From IMG/VR virus record IMGVR_UViG_3300045988_100846, positions 1 to 37,663 of that record: a stretch of DNA of 37,663 nt; one strand, written 5' to 3'. The notes under the pieces were generated by a model that was not told the origin of the DNA, made no database searches, and saw only the letters and a program-made list of their open reading frames with translations. This document shows positions 14,950-23,647 of this stretch, piece after piece (position 1 is the stretch's first letter; the number at the start of each line of letters is the position of its first letter). The stretch is from a virus. Both the position numbers and the translations under genes were made by a program.

Positions 14950-15466
14950 AGAATTGAGAGATTGGTATGCCCAGCATGGGATTTGTGCGGAGTGTGGGCG
15001 AGAAAGTGCGGCTCCGCACAGAAAATATTGCTGGGAGTGTTTATACAAACGCAATGAAAGACACCACAAATACATTGCAAACATGTCGGAAGAGCGGAAG
15101 CAAGCGGAAAGAAAAAAAGCTTGTGAAAGAACTAAAAAGAAATATGCTGAGCGAAAAGCTGCTGGAAAGTGCGTCTATTGTGGGAAGAAACCGGCGGCAT
15201 CTGGTAAAGTTGCATGCGTGATGTGCGCAAAAAAGGACGCAAAAAGGCACACAGAAAAGAACCGGAAAATGGGAATTTTGCCAAAGTATATGTTTGGCGA
15301 TGGATACCACTGTGTAACCTGTGGCAAGGATATTGACAATGGTAAAAAGCAGTGTGATGAGTGCTATCGTAACTCCGTACATGCAATGGAGATTGCGAGA
15401 GAAAAAGTAAAAGACGGCTTTAGAAGCCATAAGCTTGTTCTTGGTAAAACGGGAAGGAAGACATGA
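14918..15466 (+). CDS. Hypothetical multi-CxxC zinc-finger protein, lysine/arginine-rich
   Basis: At least four CxxC pairs (CAEC, CWEC, CVYCG, CVMC, CVTCG, CDEC). The start is uncertain (ATG 14918 or GTG 14942). Confidence 0.7.
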   Translation: MCWKRCCRVSKELRDWYAQHGICAECGRESAAPHRKYCWECLYKRNERHHKYIANMSEERKQAERKKACERTKKKYAERKAAGKCVYCGKKPAASGKVACVMCAKKDAKRHTEKNRKMGILPKYMFGDGYHCVTCGKDIDNGKKQCDECYRNSVHAMEIAREKVKDGFRSHKLVLGKTGRKT

Positions 15467-15618
15467 ACATGAGCAAAATCAACGCCACGCAAATCCTACC
15501 AATTGCCATGATACTGCTGGATGTTGGTGCAGCAGCGGTTTGTTTGTGGCATAAAGACCACAGACGGGCGGTTTATTGGTTGGCTGCGGCGGTTTTAAAT
15601 GTCACCGTTACGTTTTAA
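15463..15618 (+). CDS. Small two-transmembrane-helix membrane protein, 51 aa (below the ORF-track cutoff)
   Basis: ATGA overlap with the upstream stop. Translation: MNMSKINATQILPIAMILLDVGAAAVCLWHKDHRRAVYWLAAAVLNVTVTF. Confidence 0.55.
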   Translation: MNMSKINATQILPIAMILLDVGAAAVCLWHKDHRRAVYWLAAAVLNVTVTF

Positions 15619-15777
15619 TCACAGCGAGCTGTATTTATCGAGGTAAAGACGCCAAAAGGAAAACCAACCAAGGAGCAAACACATTTTCTGGAGCAGATGC
15701 GGAACGCCGGTGCAGTCGCCGGTGTTTGTAGGAGTGCGGACGAGGCGGTTAGATTGGTGAAGGAGGAAACGACATGA
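15619..15777 (+). pseudogene. 5'-truncated relic of a second VRR-NUC gene (C-terminal 52 codons, no start codon)
   Basis: The frame after TAA 15616..15618 reads SQRAVFIEVKTPKGKPTKEQTHFLEQMRNAGAVAGVCRSADEAVRLVKEETT. This parallels residues about 58..105 of the intact VRR-NUC, and the DNA atcgaggtaaagacgccaaaagg parallels attgaggtaaaaacgccaaaagg at 14509. Confidence 0.8.
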
Positions 15778-16082
15778 ACATGGAACAGCAGCAAAAGCTG
15801 CACGAAATTATAGCAGGACACAGTCTCGAAGAGCAGTTGGAACAAACTATCGAAGAAGCGTCTGAGTTTATCCTTGCGGCACAGAAGCTGAAGCGGTTTC
15901 CACAGGATCAGAAGCGTTTTGATGACCTGTTGGAAGAAACGGCGGACATGCTGATTATGGCAGAGCAGATGTGCTGCTATCTCGGCGAGGAGTATATGGG
16001 GAAGATGATAGACAACAAGCTGGACAGAGAGCTGAAGCGGATGCAAGGGAAAAAAAGAGTGCCGAAAAATGGCGAGTATTAA
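15774..16082 (+). CDS. MazG-like nucleotide pyrophosphohydrolase (copy 1)
   Basis: Small all-helical protein with EExxE and EExAD motifs (TIEEASEF, LEETADMLIM) and a KLDRELKR tail. Confidence 0.6.
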   Translation: MNMEQQQKLHEIIAGHSLEEQLEQTIEEASEFILAAQKLKRFPQDQKRFDDLLEETADMLIMAEQMCCYLGEEYMGKMIDNKLDRELKRMQGKKRVPKNGEY

Positions 16083-16383
16083 GGATTTGAAGAGAATGTG
16101 CAAGACATATAAACATTGTGGTGACGGTTGTCCATTTTGTGGAAGCATGTCTTGCACTCCAAATGAACTATCGGACGATGCAGACGAAATCGTGGGCAAG
16201 TTGGTTGCAAAACACCCTGCAAAGACATATGCTATGGACTTTTTTGAAAAGTTCCCGAATGCACGCAAAGACCCTATTGATGAACCAACTGTGTGTGTGG
16301 CAGATATGTATGGCGTAGATTTTGACTGTCACGATGGCTGTCACGCCTGCTGGAATGAGGTGCTGCCGGATGAACAGCGATAG
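16069..16383 (+). CDS. Hypothetical Cys-rich protein, 104 aa
   Basis: ORF overlaps the upstream gene. Motifs CGDGCPFCG...CHDGCHAC. Confidence 0.65.
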   Translation: MASIKDLKRMCKTYKHCGDGCPFCGSMSCTPNELSDDADEIVGKLVAKHPAKTYAMDFFEKFPNARKDPIDEPTVCVADMYGVDFDCHDGCHACWNEVLPDEQR

Positions 16384-16423
16384 AAGCGAAAGAAACTGAA
16401 TGAAAGAGAAAGGAAGAAAACCT

Positions 16424-16609
16424 ATGAAAGCCAAATCAAAATTGAAGCCATGCCCTTTCTGCGGTAGCAAAAATGTAAAGCAGGCGGTAACATACTTAAA
16501 GCCTGTGCCAGAGATTTTTTGTAATGAATGTGGTGTAGAAGTTCGCTGTGTGTATGATGATATAAGAATTGCATGGAATCGGAGAAGTGAAACGGAGGAA
16601 TCAAAATGA
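16424..16609 (+). CDS. lar: Lar-family restriction alleviation protein
   Basis: LKPCPFCGS...FCNECG...RIAWNRR matches the Lar family pattern (CPFCG, second CxxC, AWNRR). An alternative start is at 16400. Confidence 0.7.
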   Translation: MKAKSKLKPCPFCGSKNVKQAVTYLKPVPEIFCNECGVEVRCVYDDIRIAWNRRSETEESK

Positions 16610-17010
16610 ACGACATTGAAAAGAAGTGGAAGCCGAAATATGGGGAAGCGTACTTCACAATCGAAAACGCTGTTGATGTTGTCCGGTATATTTATATTGG
16701 AGATGATATTGACGAATCTTGTATCTTATCCGGCGACTACTTTCCAACAAGAGAACGTGCTGAGCAAGTTGCAAAGAAAATACGGTTACTGTTGCAGCTT
16801 GAACAGCTGCACGACCAGCTTTGTCCGGACTATGAGCCGGATTGGGATGGTACAGCAAAATTCCTTGTTGCGTTTGATCATACTGATGGGGAAATGCAAG
16901 CATTTTTCGACAGAAGCAGTGGAGAAAGCACATTGGTTTATTTTAGAGACGTTGTAACTGCTATGGAAGCAGCCGACATACTCAATGCGGAACTGGAGGA
17001 ATCAAAATGA
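16606..17010 (+). CDS. Hypothetical protein, tandem paralog A (134 aa)
   Basis: Shares the start MNDIEKK and the block FPTRERAEQVAKKIRLLLQLEQLHDQLCPDYEPDW with the next gene. Confidence 0.75.
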   Translation: MNDIEKKWKPKYGEAYFTIENAVDVVRYIYIGDDIDESCILSGDYFPTRERAEQVAKKIRLLLQLEQLHDQLCPDYEPDWDGTAKFLVAFDHTDGEMQAFFDRSSGESTLVYFRDVVTAMEAADILNAELEESK

Positions 17011-17507
17011 ACGACATCGAAAAGAAACTGGAAGCCCTGAAAGCGGAATTTTTTGGGAAACTGGAAGCGTTGCGAAAAGAAGCAGAGGCACAGAAGAAAC
17101 AGGAAGAGCCGAAGCCGTGGAAGCCGGAGGATGGAGAAGACTACTTTTATATTGGTATCGATTTTACAATTAATAGCTGGGAAAACGTAGATGACGACAC
17201 GGACAAACGCAATTTTAGAATCGGCAACTGTTTCCCAACGGAAGCCCGTGCCGAACAAGTTGCAGAGAAAATGCGGTTATTGTTACGATTGGAGCAGCTG
17301 CATGATATGCTCTGCCCGGACTATGTGCCGGATTTTGGAAGCGGAGAAGCAACGTATTGCCTTTATTATGATTACAGTAGCAGCCACTGGGCTGCTGAAG
17401 GTTGGTATGATTGCAATTGTCGCGTTAATGGTCCTTATTTCGACACCCTCGAAAACGCCGAAAAAGCGGCGGAAATCCTAAACAAAGAGATGAGGAAATC
17501 CAAATGA
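17007..17507 (+). CDS. Hypothetical protein, tandem paralog B (166 aa)
   Basis: MNDIEKK start and FPTEARAEQVAEKMRLLLRLEQLHDMLCPDYVPDF block. The junction DNA is near-identical to that at 16594. Confidence 0.75.
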   Translation: MNDIEKKLEALKAEFFGKLEALRKEAEAQKKQEEPKPWKPEDGEDYFYIGIDFTINSWENVDDDTDKRNFRIGNCFPTEARAEQVAEKMRLLLRLEQLHDMLCPDYVPDFGSGEATYCLYYDYSSSHWAAEGWYDCNCRVNGPYFDTLENAEKAAEILNKEMRKSK

Positions 17508-17797
17508 AGAACCCAGCTTTACAGCGGAAAAACCTGTACAACAAGCACGAGGTCGAGTATAGTCACAAAATGGCTATCTATCAGGGCATGGCGATGGTAT
17601 TCGTTGCGTTGGAGTGGCACTATGGCTGGAAAGAGAAACGGCTGCAGCGGCTGTTTGACAACGTGCAGTCCATTGCAGAGATACCACCAATTTTCGGGAA
17701 ATTGCCCGATGCACTGGAACAGATGCAGCATTTTAAACAGGATTACCAGATTGATTTTACAAAAATCCAATTACAAGTAAAGGAGCGGTTAAAATGA
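17504..17797 (+). CDS. Hypothetical protein, 97 aa
   Basis: ORF translationally coupled on both sides (ATGA overlaps). Confidence 0.65.
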   Translation: MKNPALQRKNLYNKHEVEYSHKMAIYQGMAMVFVALEWHYGWKEKRLQRLFDNVQSIAEIPPIFGKLPDALEQMQHFKQDYQIDFTKIQLQVKERLK

Positions 17798-18081
17798 GTA
17801 GTCAATTTACAATCAACGAGATTGCAATCCATTACGGGTTGCAGAATCAGCTTGTCAAAACGATGGAGGAGACCGGAGAGCTGCAAACAGCCATTGCAAA
17901 GTTCCTGCTTGCATCCACACCGGAGCAAGCAGAAGAGTTGAAATCTCACGTTATCGAGGAGGCAGCGGATTGCTACATCATGGTGATGCAGCTGCGAAAA
18001 TTGTTGCCCACGTATGAGTTTGACAAAATGGTCACATTTAAACTTGACCGTCAAAAAAAGCGGATGGAGCAAGAGCGATGA
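17794..18081 (+). CDS. MazG-like nucleotide pyrophosphohydrolase (copy 2)
   Basis: TMEETGELQTAIAK, VIEEAADCYIMVMQL and KLDRQKKR have the same layout as 15774..16082. Confidence 0.6.
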   Translation: MSSQFTINEIAIHYGLQNQLVKTMEETGELQTAIAKFLLASTPEQAEELKSHVIEEAADCYIMVMQLRKLLPTYEFDKMVTFKLDRQKKRMEQER

Positions 18082-18548
18082 GCAAGGTATGCAAGCGATG
18101 CGGACAACCACTTCCAGACAATGGGCTTGTGACTTATGTAAACAAGCATACCGGACGCACCACCAAAAAGCGTGATAGCTACTGCAAAGCGTGCAAAAAG
18201 GTTGTGCGGTCTGAGTACTACAAAGCACATAAATCCAATCTACAGGACAAGACAGGAGCAGCACGCAAGCAGCTAACGCCAAGCGTCCGGCACAGCAACG
18301 TCAACGACTGCTATGTAAATCTCGCTGCATACATCGTGCGGTCAACGATGGTAGAGTATGAGCACGCGTTGCAGGGGGATGACGGCACACCGGAATCTCT
18401 GCACCGCATTGAAACGATAGAGGACGACTTACTCAGTCCTTACTACAGCTTTTTGACGTTACAAGTGTTAGATTTGCGGCAATATTGTATAAATAAACGC
18501 AGGGCGTACAGGGTCAGCATTTGCACAAAACCACAAGATATGGTATAA
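18078..18548 (+). CDS. Hypothetical zinc-ribbon protein, 156 aa
   Basis: N-terminal CKRCG...CKAC. A promoter is embedded in its 3' end. Confidence 0.7.
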   Translation: MSKVCKRCGQPLPDNGLVTYVNKHTGRTTKKRDSYCKACKKVVRSEYYKAHKSNLQDKTGAARKQLTPSVRHSNVNDCYVNLAAYIVRSTMVEYEHALQGDDGTPESLHRIETIEDDLLSPYYSFLTLQVLDLRQYCINKRRAYRVSICTKPQDMV

Positions 18549-18549
18549 T
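18521..18549 (+). promoter_or_regulatory. Promoter (TTGCAC-N17-TATAAT with TG extension) for the late-regulator gene
   Basis: TTGCAC at 18521..18526 and tggTATAAT at 18541..18549. Confidence 0.65.
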
Positions 18550-18594
18550 TAGAATGCAATTTATCAACATTTTGTAGAAAGGATTGTTGAAAGC

Positions 18595-18999
18595 ATGACG
18601 AAGGAAGAACTTATGCAGTGCCGCTCGAAACAAAAAGAATTGATGCAGATTGATGACCGGATTGACAAGCTGCGAGCGGATGCACGTAGCACCAAAGCAA
18701 TCTGTTACGGCGATGAGCCTAAGCACCACGGCGAACCGATACCAGCCGTGCAGACCTACATAGAACGGTTGGAGGAGCTGTCAGCCCTTTACGAGGCAAA
18801 AAAAGCAGAGTTGCAAACCAGTATTATCCGTGTAGAGCGTGCAATTTTGTTTTTACCGTCTGATCACGCAGTGCTGATGCGACTACGGTATATTGACGGC
18901 ATGCGGTGGGAGGATGTCAACGACAAACTATTTATTTCAGAAACAAAATCCAAACGCCTGCACCGTGAGGCGTTAAAAATGCTGGAAGATAAAAAATAA
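18595..18999 (+). CDS. Sigma-70 region-4-like late transcriptional regulator (ArpU / RinA / DUF1492-type position)
   Basis: C-terminal LMRLRYIDGMRWEDVNDKLFISETKSKRLHREALKML is a sigma region 4 helix-turn-helix. It is the last early gene before the terminase. Confidence 0.7.
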   Translation: MTKEELMQCRSKQKELMQIDDRIDKLRADARSTKAICYGDEPKHHGEPIPAVQTYIERLEELSALYEAKKAELQTSIIRVERAILFLPSDHAVLMRLRYIDGMRWEDVNDKLFISETKSKRLHREALKMLEDKK

Positions 19000-19001
19000 G
19001 T

Positions 19002-19051
19002 CCAAAAAAGCCCAAAAAAGCCTTTTAATGCCCTTTTTGTTGTGCTATAAT
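19002..19051 (+). promoter_or_regulatory. Late-operon promoter candidate with phased A-tracts (UP-like) and an extended -10
   Basis: Tandem ccaaaaaagc at 19002 and 19012. tgcTATAAT at 19043..19051. The -35 (tttaat region) is weak. Confidence 0.55.
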
Positions 19052-19068
19052 AGTAGCATAGAAAAATG

Positions 19069-19101
19069 AAATCCGGTAGGCGTTCCCTGCCGGATTTTTT
19101 T
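19069..19101 (+). terminator. Strong intrinsic terminator between the late promoter and terS
   Basis: 12-bp stem aaatccggtagg / cctgccggattt (one G-U pair), 5-nt loop, followed by a T-run to 19101. Confidence 0.8.
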
Positions 19102-19125
19102 ATTTACAGTAACGGAGTGGAGGAA

Positions 19126-19491
19126 ATGGCGAATGAGAAGAACTTAATTCCGATGAATGAACGTACAGAGGAAGAACAAAGAGAAATTGCAAGGAAAGGC
19201 GGCATTGCGTCAGGAGCGTCCAGACGGGCGTATAGAAGCTTGAAACAAGCCGCGAAGGCATTTTTTAAGGAAAACGATGACGCTGCTATGCGGATGATTC
19301 AAGCCCTTTACGAAGAGGCTGAAAAAGGCAATGTGAAAGCAATTGACAAGTTGCAAGACCTCATTGGTGAAACCGTACAGCGAGAAGAACTTGCCCTCAA
19401 GAAAAAACAGTTTGCCCAGCAGAACGGACAAAAAAGCGTTGCAGAACTGCCACAACTCTTGCAGGCGTTGCAGGAGGATGATGCAGAGTGA
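19126..19491 (+). CDS. Probable terminase small subunit, 121 aa
   Basis: ATG 19126 has GGAGTGGAGGAA upstream. It is basic and helical (REIARKGGIASGASRR) and overlaps the terL start. The call rests mainly on position. Confidence 0.55.
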   Translation: MANEKNLIPMNERTEEEQREIARKGGIASGASRRAYRSLKQAAKAFFKENDDAAMRMIQALYEEAEKGNVKAIDKLQDLIGETVQREELALKKKQFAQQNGQKSVAELPQLLQALQEDDAE

Positions 19492-20741
19492 CGTTTACAA
19501 AGCTATCCAAAAAGCAAAAAACAGTCTTTCGATGGGCATACAAGCCGGATGTGTACGCCTTAATTTGTGACGGCTCTGTGCGGTCTGGCAAGACGGCATC
19601 CATGGCATGTGCGTTTATCCTGTGGGCAATGGCAACATTTGACCGTGCCAGATTTGGCATCTGCGGCAACACGGTACAATCTGCAGAGCGTAACATCATC
19701 ATGGAGCTGTTGCAGATGGCAGACATCACGCACTATTTTAACGTGTCATATATCGGCGGCAGTAAGCACATCTTAACCGTCAAAGGCAACGGCAAGCAAA
19801 ACCAATTTCACGTTTTTGGCGGCAAGGATGAGGCGTCTTATAAGCTTGTGCAAGGCATCACGCTGAGTGGTGTTCTTTTCGACGAGGTTGCCTTAATGCC
19901 GGAATCGTTTGTCAATCAGGCGATCGCTCGTACACTGTCCGTTGGAGATGCAAGACTGTGGTTTAACTGCAATCCAGACAATCCGCAGCACTGGTTTTAT
20001 CAGCAATGGATTTTAAAGGCGGACAGCGGTGAGCGTAACGATGTTTTACATCTGCATTTCACGATGCAGGATAACCCCATCATGACACCACAAAAAATCC
20101 AGCGTGCAGCGTCTGTATACCCTGCTGGAGCGTTTTATGACCGATATGTATTGGGCTTGTGGCGAGTGGCAGAGGGGCTTGTCTATCCGGATTTTGACCC
20201 AGCTGTTAGCGTTGTCCATAATTACAAGCCGTCCGAGAGGGCGGTTTTTTACTTATCCATTGACTATGGTACGCTTAACCCTACATCTATTGGATTGTGG
20301 GCGGTCGAGGATGATTTTGCAGTACGCATAAAAGAGTCATATTATGATGCACGCAAAGAGGACAAGCAAAAGGATGACGAGCAGCATTATCAGGAGATTG
20401 CAAGGCTTGCAGAGGGCTACGACATCCAGCAGATTGTAGTAGACCCGTCTGCCGCAAGTCTGATTGCCTGCATCCAGCACCACGCTGTCTACAGCGTCCG
20501 CAAAGCAAATAACAGCGTAATTGATGGTATCCGGTACACGATGACCTTGTTAAAACAAAAGCGGATTCTGATTGCAGATACTTGCACGGACGCTATCCGG
20601 GAGTTTGGCTTGTATCGGTGGGACGATAAAAAGCAGCAAGATACCGTCATTAAAGAAAACGACCATGCGATGGACGACATCCGGTATTTTTGCTATACCA
20701 TTCTGCGACATTTTGGATGGCGAACAGATGATTGGGGGTGA
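19488..20741 (+). CDS. terL: Terminase large subunit
   Basis: Walker A CDGSVRSGKT, Walker B-like VLFDEV and a C-terminal nuclease region with DHAMDDIRY. Confidence 0.92.
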   Translation: MTFTKLSKKQKTVFRWAYKPDVYALICDGSVRSGKTASMACAFILWAMATFDRARFGICGNTVQSAERNIIMELLQMADITHYFNVSYIGGSKHILTVKGNGKQNQFHVFGGKDEASYKLVQGITLSGVLFDEVALMPESFVNQAIARTLSVGDARLWFNCNPDNPQHWFYQQWILKADSGERNDVLHLHFTMQDNPIMTPQKIQRAASVYPAGAFYDRYVLGLWRVAEGLVYPDFDPAVSVVHNYKPSERAVFYLSIDYGTLNPTSIGLWAVEDDFAVRIKESYYDARKEDKQKDDEQHYQEIARLAEGYDIQQIVVDPSAASLIACIQHHAVYSVRKANNSVIDGIRYTMTLLKQKRILIADTCTDAIREFGLYRWDDKKQQDTVIKENDHAMDDIRYFCYTILRHFGWRTDDWG

Positions 20742-20745
20742 TTTT

Positions 20746-22098
20746 ATGATTAGTTACGCAGATATTGAGGCCGCACTTAATATCAAAACAGCAATATCCC
20801 CACTAATGAGGGGATACATTGAGCAGTGGGAAACGCTGTTTTCCGGCAATTCTGAAAACCGTGAGCAAAAAGACGGCTTACATCTTGCAGCAGCAATCTG
20901 CACCGAGTTTGCACGGTTGATTTTTGCAGAGTCAAAAATAGAGATTACCGGCAACAGCAAGACGGCGGGCTATTTGCAAGCCATGATAGACAACCACCTG
21001 TCAGCATTGCAAACCGGCTTTTCAGCAGGGCTTGCCAGCGGTGGCATGGTAATAAAGCCATATTTTGCAAACGGCGGTGTATCGTTGGAGTGGGTGCCAG
21101 TGCAGCGTGTGTTTCCGATTGCATTTACATCTGATCAGTCTATGCAATCCGCCGTGTTTGCGGATACGTTTCGGAGCGGTGCGGACTGGTACACAAGGCT
21201 AGAGTGTCACGGCTATGACAGCGACAAAAAGCAGTGCATCATTCAAAATTACACGTATCATGCATACGATGCAGACGCGTTGGGCAGCCCCTGCGAGTTA
21301 TCAGAAACACCGTGGGCTGGATTAGAGCCGCTAGTCAACGTGCAGTCAGAAACGCCGCTGTTCGGTTTTTTCCGTGTGCCAAAGCCCAACAGCAAAGACC
21401 CGACCTCTGCTTTGGGCGTGTCCGTGTTTGCGGATGCACTGCCGCAGATTGTTCAGGCGGATCAATTATGGTCGGAAATTTTGTGGGAATACGAATCAAA
21501 AGAAACCGCAGTCTTTGCGACACAGGACATTTTCAACAGATTTGACCGGCTTTCCGCACATGATAAGCGGTTATACAAAAAGATGCTGTCCATCGGGGAT
21601 GATGATTCTGACAAAATCATGCCGTATTCGCCGGAGATTCGGGATGCATCATTTTTTAACGGCTTAAATAAGATTTTGCAGCGAATTGAATTTTCTTGTC
21701 AACTTGCCTATGGCACGCTGTCAGAGCCTGCAGAGGTCGCAAAAACAGCAACCGAGATTGAGTCGTCCAAGCAACGCAGCTATGTATTTGTGTCTGCCCT
21801 GCAAAAACAGACGGAAAACGCTCTGCGGCGAGCAATTACAGCAGCTGCAACACTGGCGTTTTATCATGGTGTTATCCCGTCAACAGAGTTTGAGATTGCT
21901 TTTGATTGGGGTGACAGTGTGCTGGAGGACGTAAATGCAAAGACGCAGCGAGAGTTGCAGTTTGTACAAGCGGGCATCTTAAAACCGGAAATTTTTCTGA
22001 GCAGCTATTACGGCTGCTCGGAAGAAGAAGCAAAAAAGATGATTCCGGAGGCTGGCAGCCCTGAGGATTACAGCCTGTTTGGCGTAGGTGACCGCTGA
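20746..22098 (+). CDS. Portal protein
   Basis: ATG 20746 has GGGGGTGA upstream. It is 450 aa, lies directly after terL, and its sequence is SPP1 gp6-like in style. Confidence 0.85.
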   Translation: MISYADIEAALNIKTAISPLMRGYIEQWETLFSGNSENREQKDGLHLAAAICTEFARLIFAESKIEITGNSKTAGYLQAMIDNHLSALQTGFSAGLASGGMVIKPYFANGGVSLEWVPVQRVFPIAFTSDQSMQSAVFADTFRSGADWYTRLECHGYDSDKKQCIIQNYTYHAYDADALGSPCELSETPWAGLEPLVNVQSETPLFGFFRVPKPNSKDPTSALGVSVFADALPQIVQADQLWSEILWEYESKETAVFATQDIFNRFDRLSAHDKRLYKKMLSIGDDDSDKIMPYSPEIRDASFFNGLNKILQRIEFSCQLAYGTLSEPAEVAKTATEIESSKQRSYVFVSALQKQTENALRRAITAAATLAFYHGVIPSTEFEIAFDWGDSVLEDVNAKTQRELQFVQAGILKPEIFLSSYYGCSEEEAKKMIPEAGSPEDYSLFGVGDR

Positions 22099-23351
22099 TG
22101 CTGCCGCCAATTTACTATGAGACATGCACGGACGCTGTACTTGCAGTATACGCACGCTTGGAAGACGCGATTTTGTCAGCGATGGTGAAACGCATCCTGC
22201 GAATGGGCTTTGTATCCGAGGCAACCAAACATCAAGCAGAGATGTTACAAGAGGCGGGCTTACTGTACGAGGACATCTTGCAGCTGATTGCACAACGCAC
22301 AGACGCATGCACGGCACAGGTTCGGGCGTTATTTGAGGATGCAGGAGCGACAGCCGTAGAGATTGACGATCAGGCTTACAGACAAGCCGGAATTGCAACG
22401 GTTGACATCCGGCAGTCTGACAGCCTGCGGCAGGTGTTGGAGGCTGGTTTTAAAAAGACCATGGGCGTGATGGACAACCTAACAAAGACAACGGCATTGA
22501 CCACGCAGCGTACGTTTTATCAGGCTTGTAATGACGCATATATGCAAATTACAAGCGGAGCGTTTAGCTATCAAGAGGCAATCCGTAACACGATAAAACA
22601 AGCTGCAAAGGGCGGCTTGTCAGTCACATATCCATCCGGACACGTTGACAAGTTGGACGTTGCTATCCGCCGTGCAGCGTTGACGGGTGTCGGGCAGACA
22701 GCTGCAGAGGTCAGCAAGACCAACGCAGAGGACAATGGCTGCTATTTGATGGAGATTACAGCCCACAGCGGTGCAAGACCAGAGCATGCAAAGTGGCAAG
22801 GGCAGCTGGTCAGCCTGACCGGGAAAGACGTTGGAAAGATCATAGACGGCTTGAAAGTCTGGTCGCTGCGTGGTATTGGCTATGGTGACGGCGATGGTTT
22901 CCGCGGATGGAATTGCCGTCACGATTGGTTTCCGTATTTTTCGGGGCTATCTACGCCAAACTATACCAAAAAAGAATTGGAACAGCTGGACGAAAAGCGG
23001 ATTGCATGGAACGGTGAGAAATACACTGAATACGAAATCAGCCAGATGCAGCGCGCTGGAGAGCGAAAGATTCGGGAACTGAAACGGCAGACAATGAGCA
23101 TGCAGCAAGCTGCAAAACTGACAGACAATCCAGAACTGAAAGAAGCTGCCACGGCAGATTATCAGGCAACCGCCGCAAAGCTGAAAGCAGCCGAAAAAGA
23201 TTTGCAAGCATTTTGCAATCAGACCGGACAAGACCGTGACAGGTTTAGAGAGCAAGTGCTGGGATTTGGCCGGAGCGAGGCACAAAAGGCGGTACATGCA
23301 GCAAAAAGAGTGCAAAAAGAGAGCAAAAAGAGTGTAAAAGCGTCTCAGTGA
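22098..23351 (+). CDS. MuF / SPP1 gp7-like minor head protein
   Basis: GWNCRHDWFPY motif of the Phage_Mu_F domain, located after the portal gene. The C-terminal roughly 100 aa form a coiled coil. Confidence 0.85.
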   Translation: MLPPIYYETCTDAVLAVYARLEDAILSAMVKRILRMGFVSEATKHQAEMLQEAGLLYEDILQLIAQRTDACTAQVRALFEDAGATAVEIDDQAYRQAGIATVDIRQSDSLRQVLEAGFKKTMGVMDNLTKTTALTTQRTFYQACNDAYMQITSGAFSYQEAIRNTIKQAAKGGLSVTYPSGHVDKLDVAIRRAALTGVGQTAAEVSKTNAEDNGCYLMEITAHSGARPEHAKWQGQLVSLTGKDVGKIIDGLKVWSLRGIGYGDGDGFRGWNCRHDWFPYFSGLSTPNYTKKELEQLDEKRIAWNGEKYTEYEISQMQRAGERKIRELKRQTMSMQQAAKLTDNPELKEAATADYQATAAKLKAAEKDLQAFCNQTGQDRDRFREQVLGFGRSEAQKAVHAAKRVQKESKKSVKASQ

Positions 23352-23383
23352 GGTGCTTTTACATGCTTTGAGGAGGAATTACA

Positions 23384-23647
23384 ATGGAAGGAACAAAAAA
23401 TAGTTTGACGTTTGGCGAGGCTTTAGAAGAGATGAAAGCTGGAAAGAAAGTTGCAAGAAAAGGGTGGAACGGAAAAGGAATGTATCTTTACCTCGCAGAT
23501 GGAAAGCTTTTAACGGAAGAAATCGGGGATGGAAGCTATCCGTTTACTGATACTGTTGTTATGAAAACGGCAGATAATAAGTATTGTATTGGTTGGCTTG
23601 CAAGTCAGACCGATATGCTGGCAGATGACTGGCACATTGTAGAGTAA
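23384..23647 (+). CDS. DUF2829-family protein (the family that includes the anti-Thoeris protein Tad2)
   Basis: LTFGEALEEMKAGKKVARKGWNGKGMYLYL ... GWLASQTDMLADDWHIVE matches the DUF2829 N- and C-terminal signatures. Confidence 0.7.
   Translation: MEGTKNSLTFGEALEEMKAGKKVARKGWNGKGMYLYLADGKLLTEEIGDGSYPFTDTVVMKTADNKYCIGWLASQTDMLADDWHIVE

Noticed and set aside
19066-19125. Longer terS start at ATG 19066 given by the ORF track
   Set aside because: That ATG lies 3 nt upstream of the intrinsic terminator hairpin (19069..19101), which would then be translated, and it has no ribosome binding site. ATG 19126 has a strong GGAGTGGAGGAA site.
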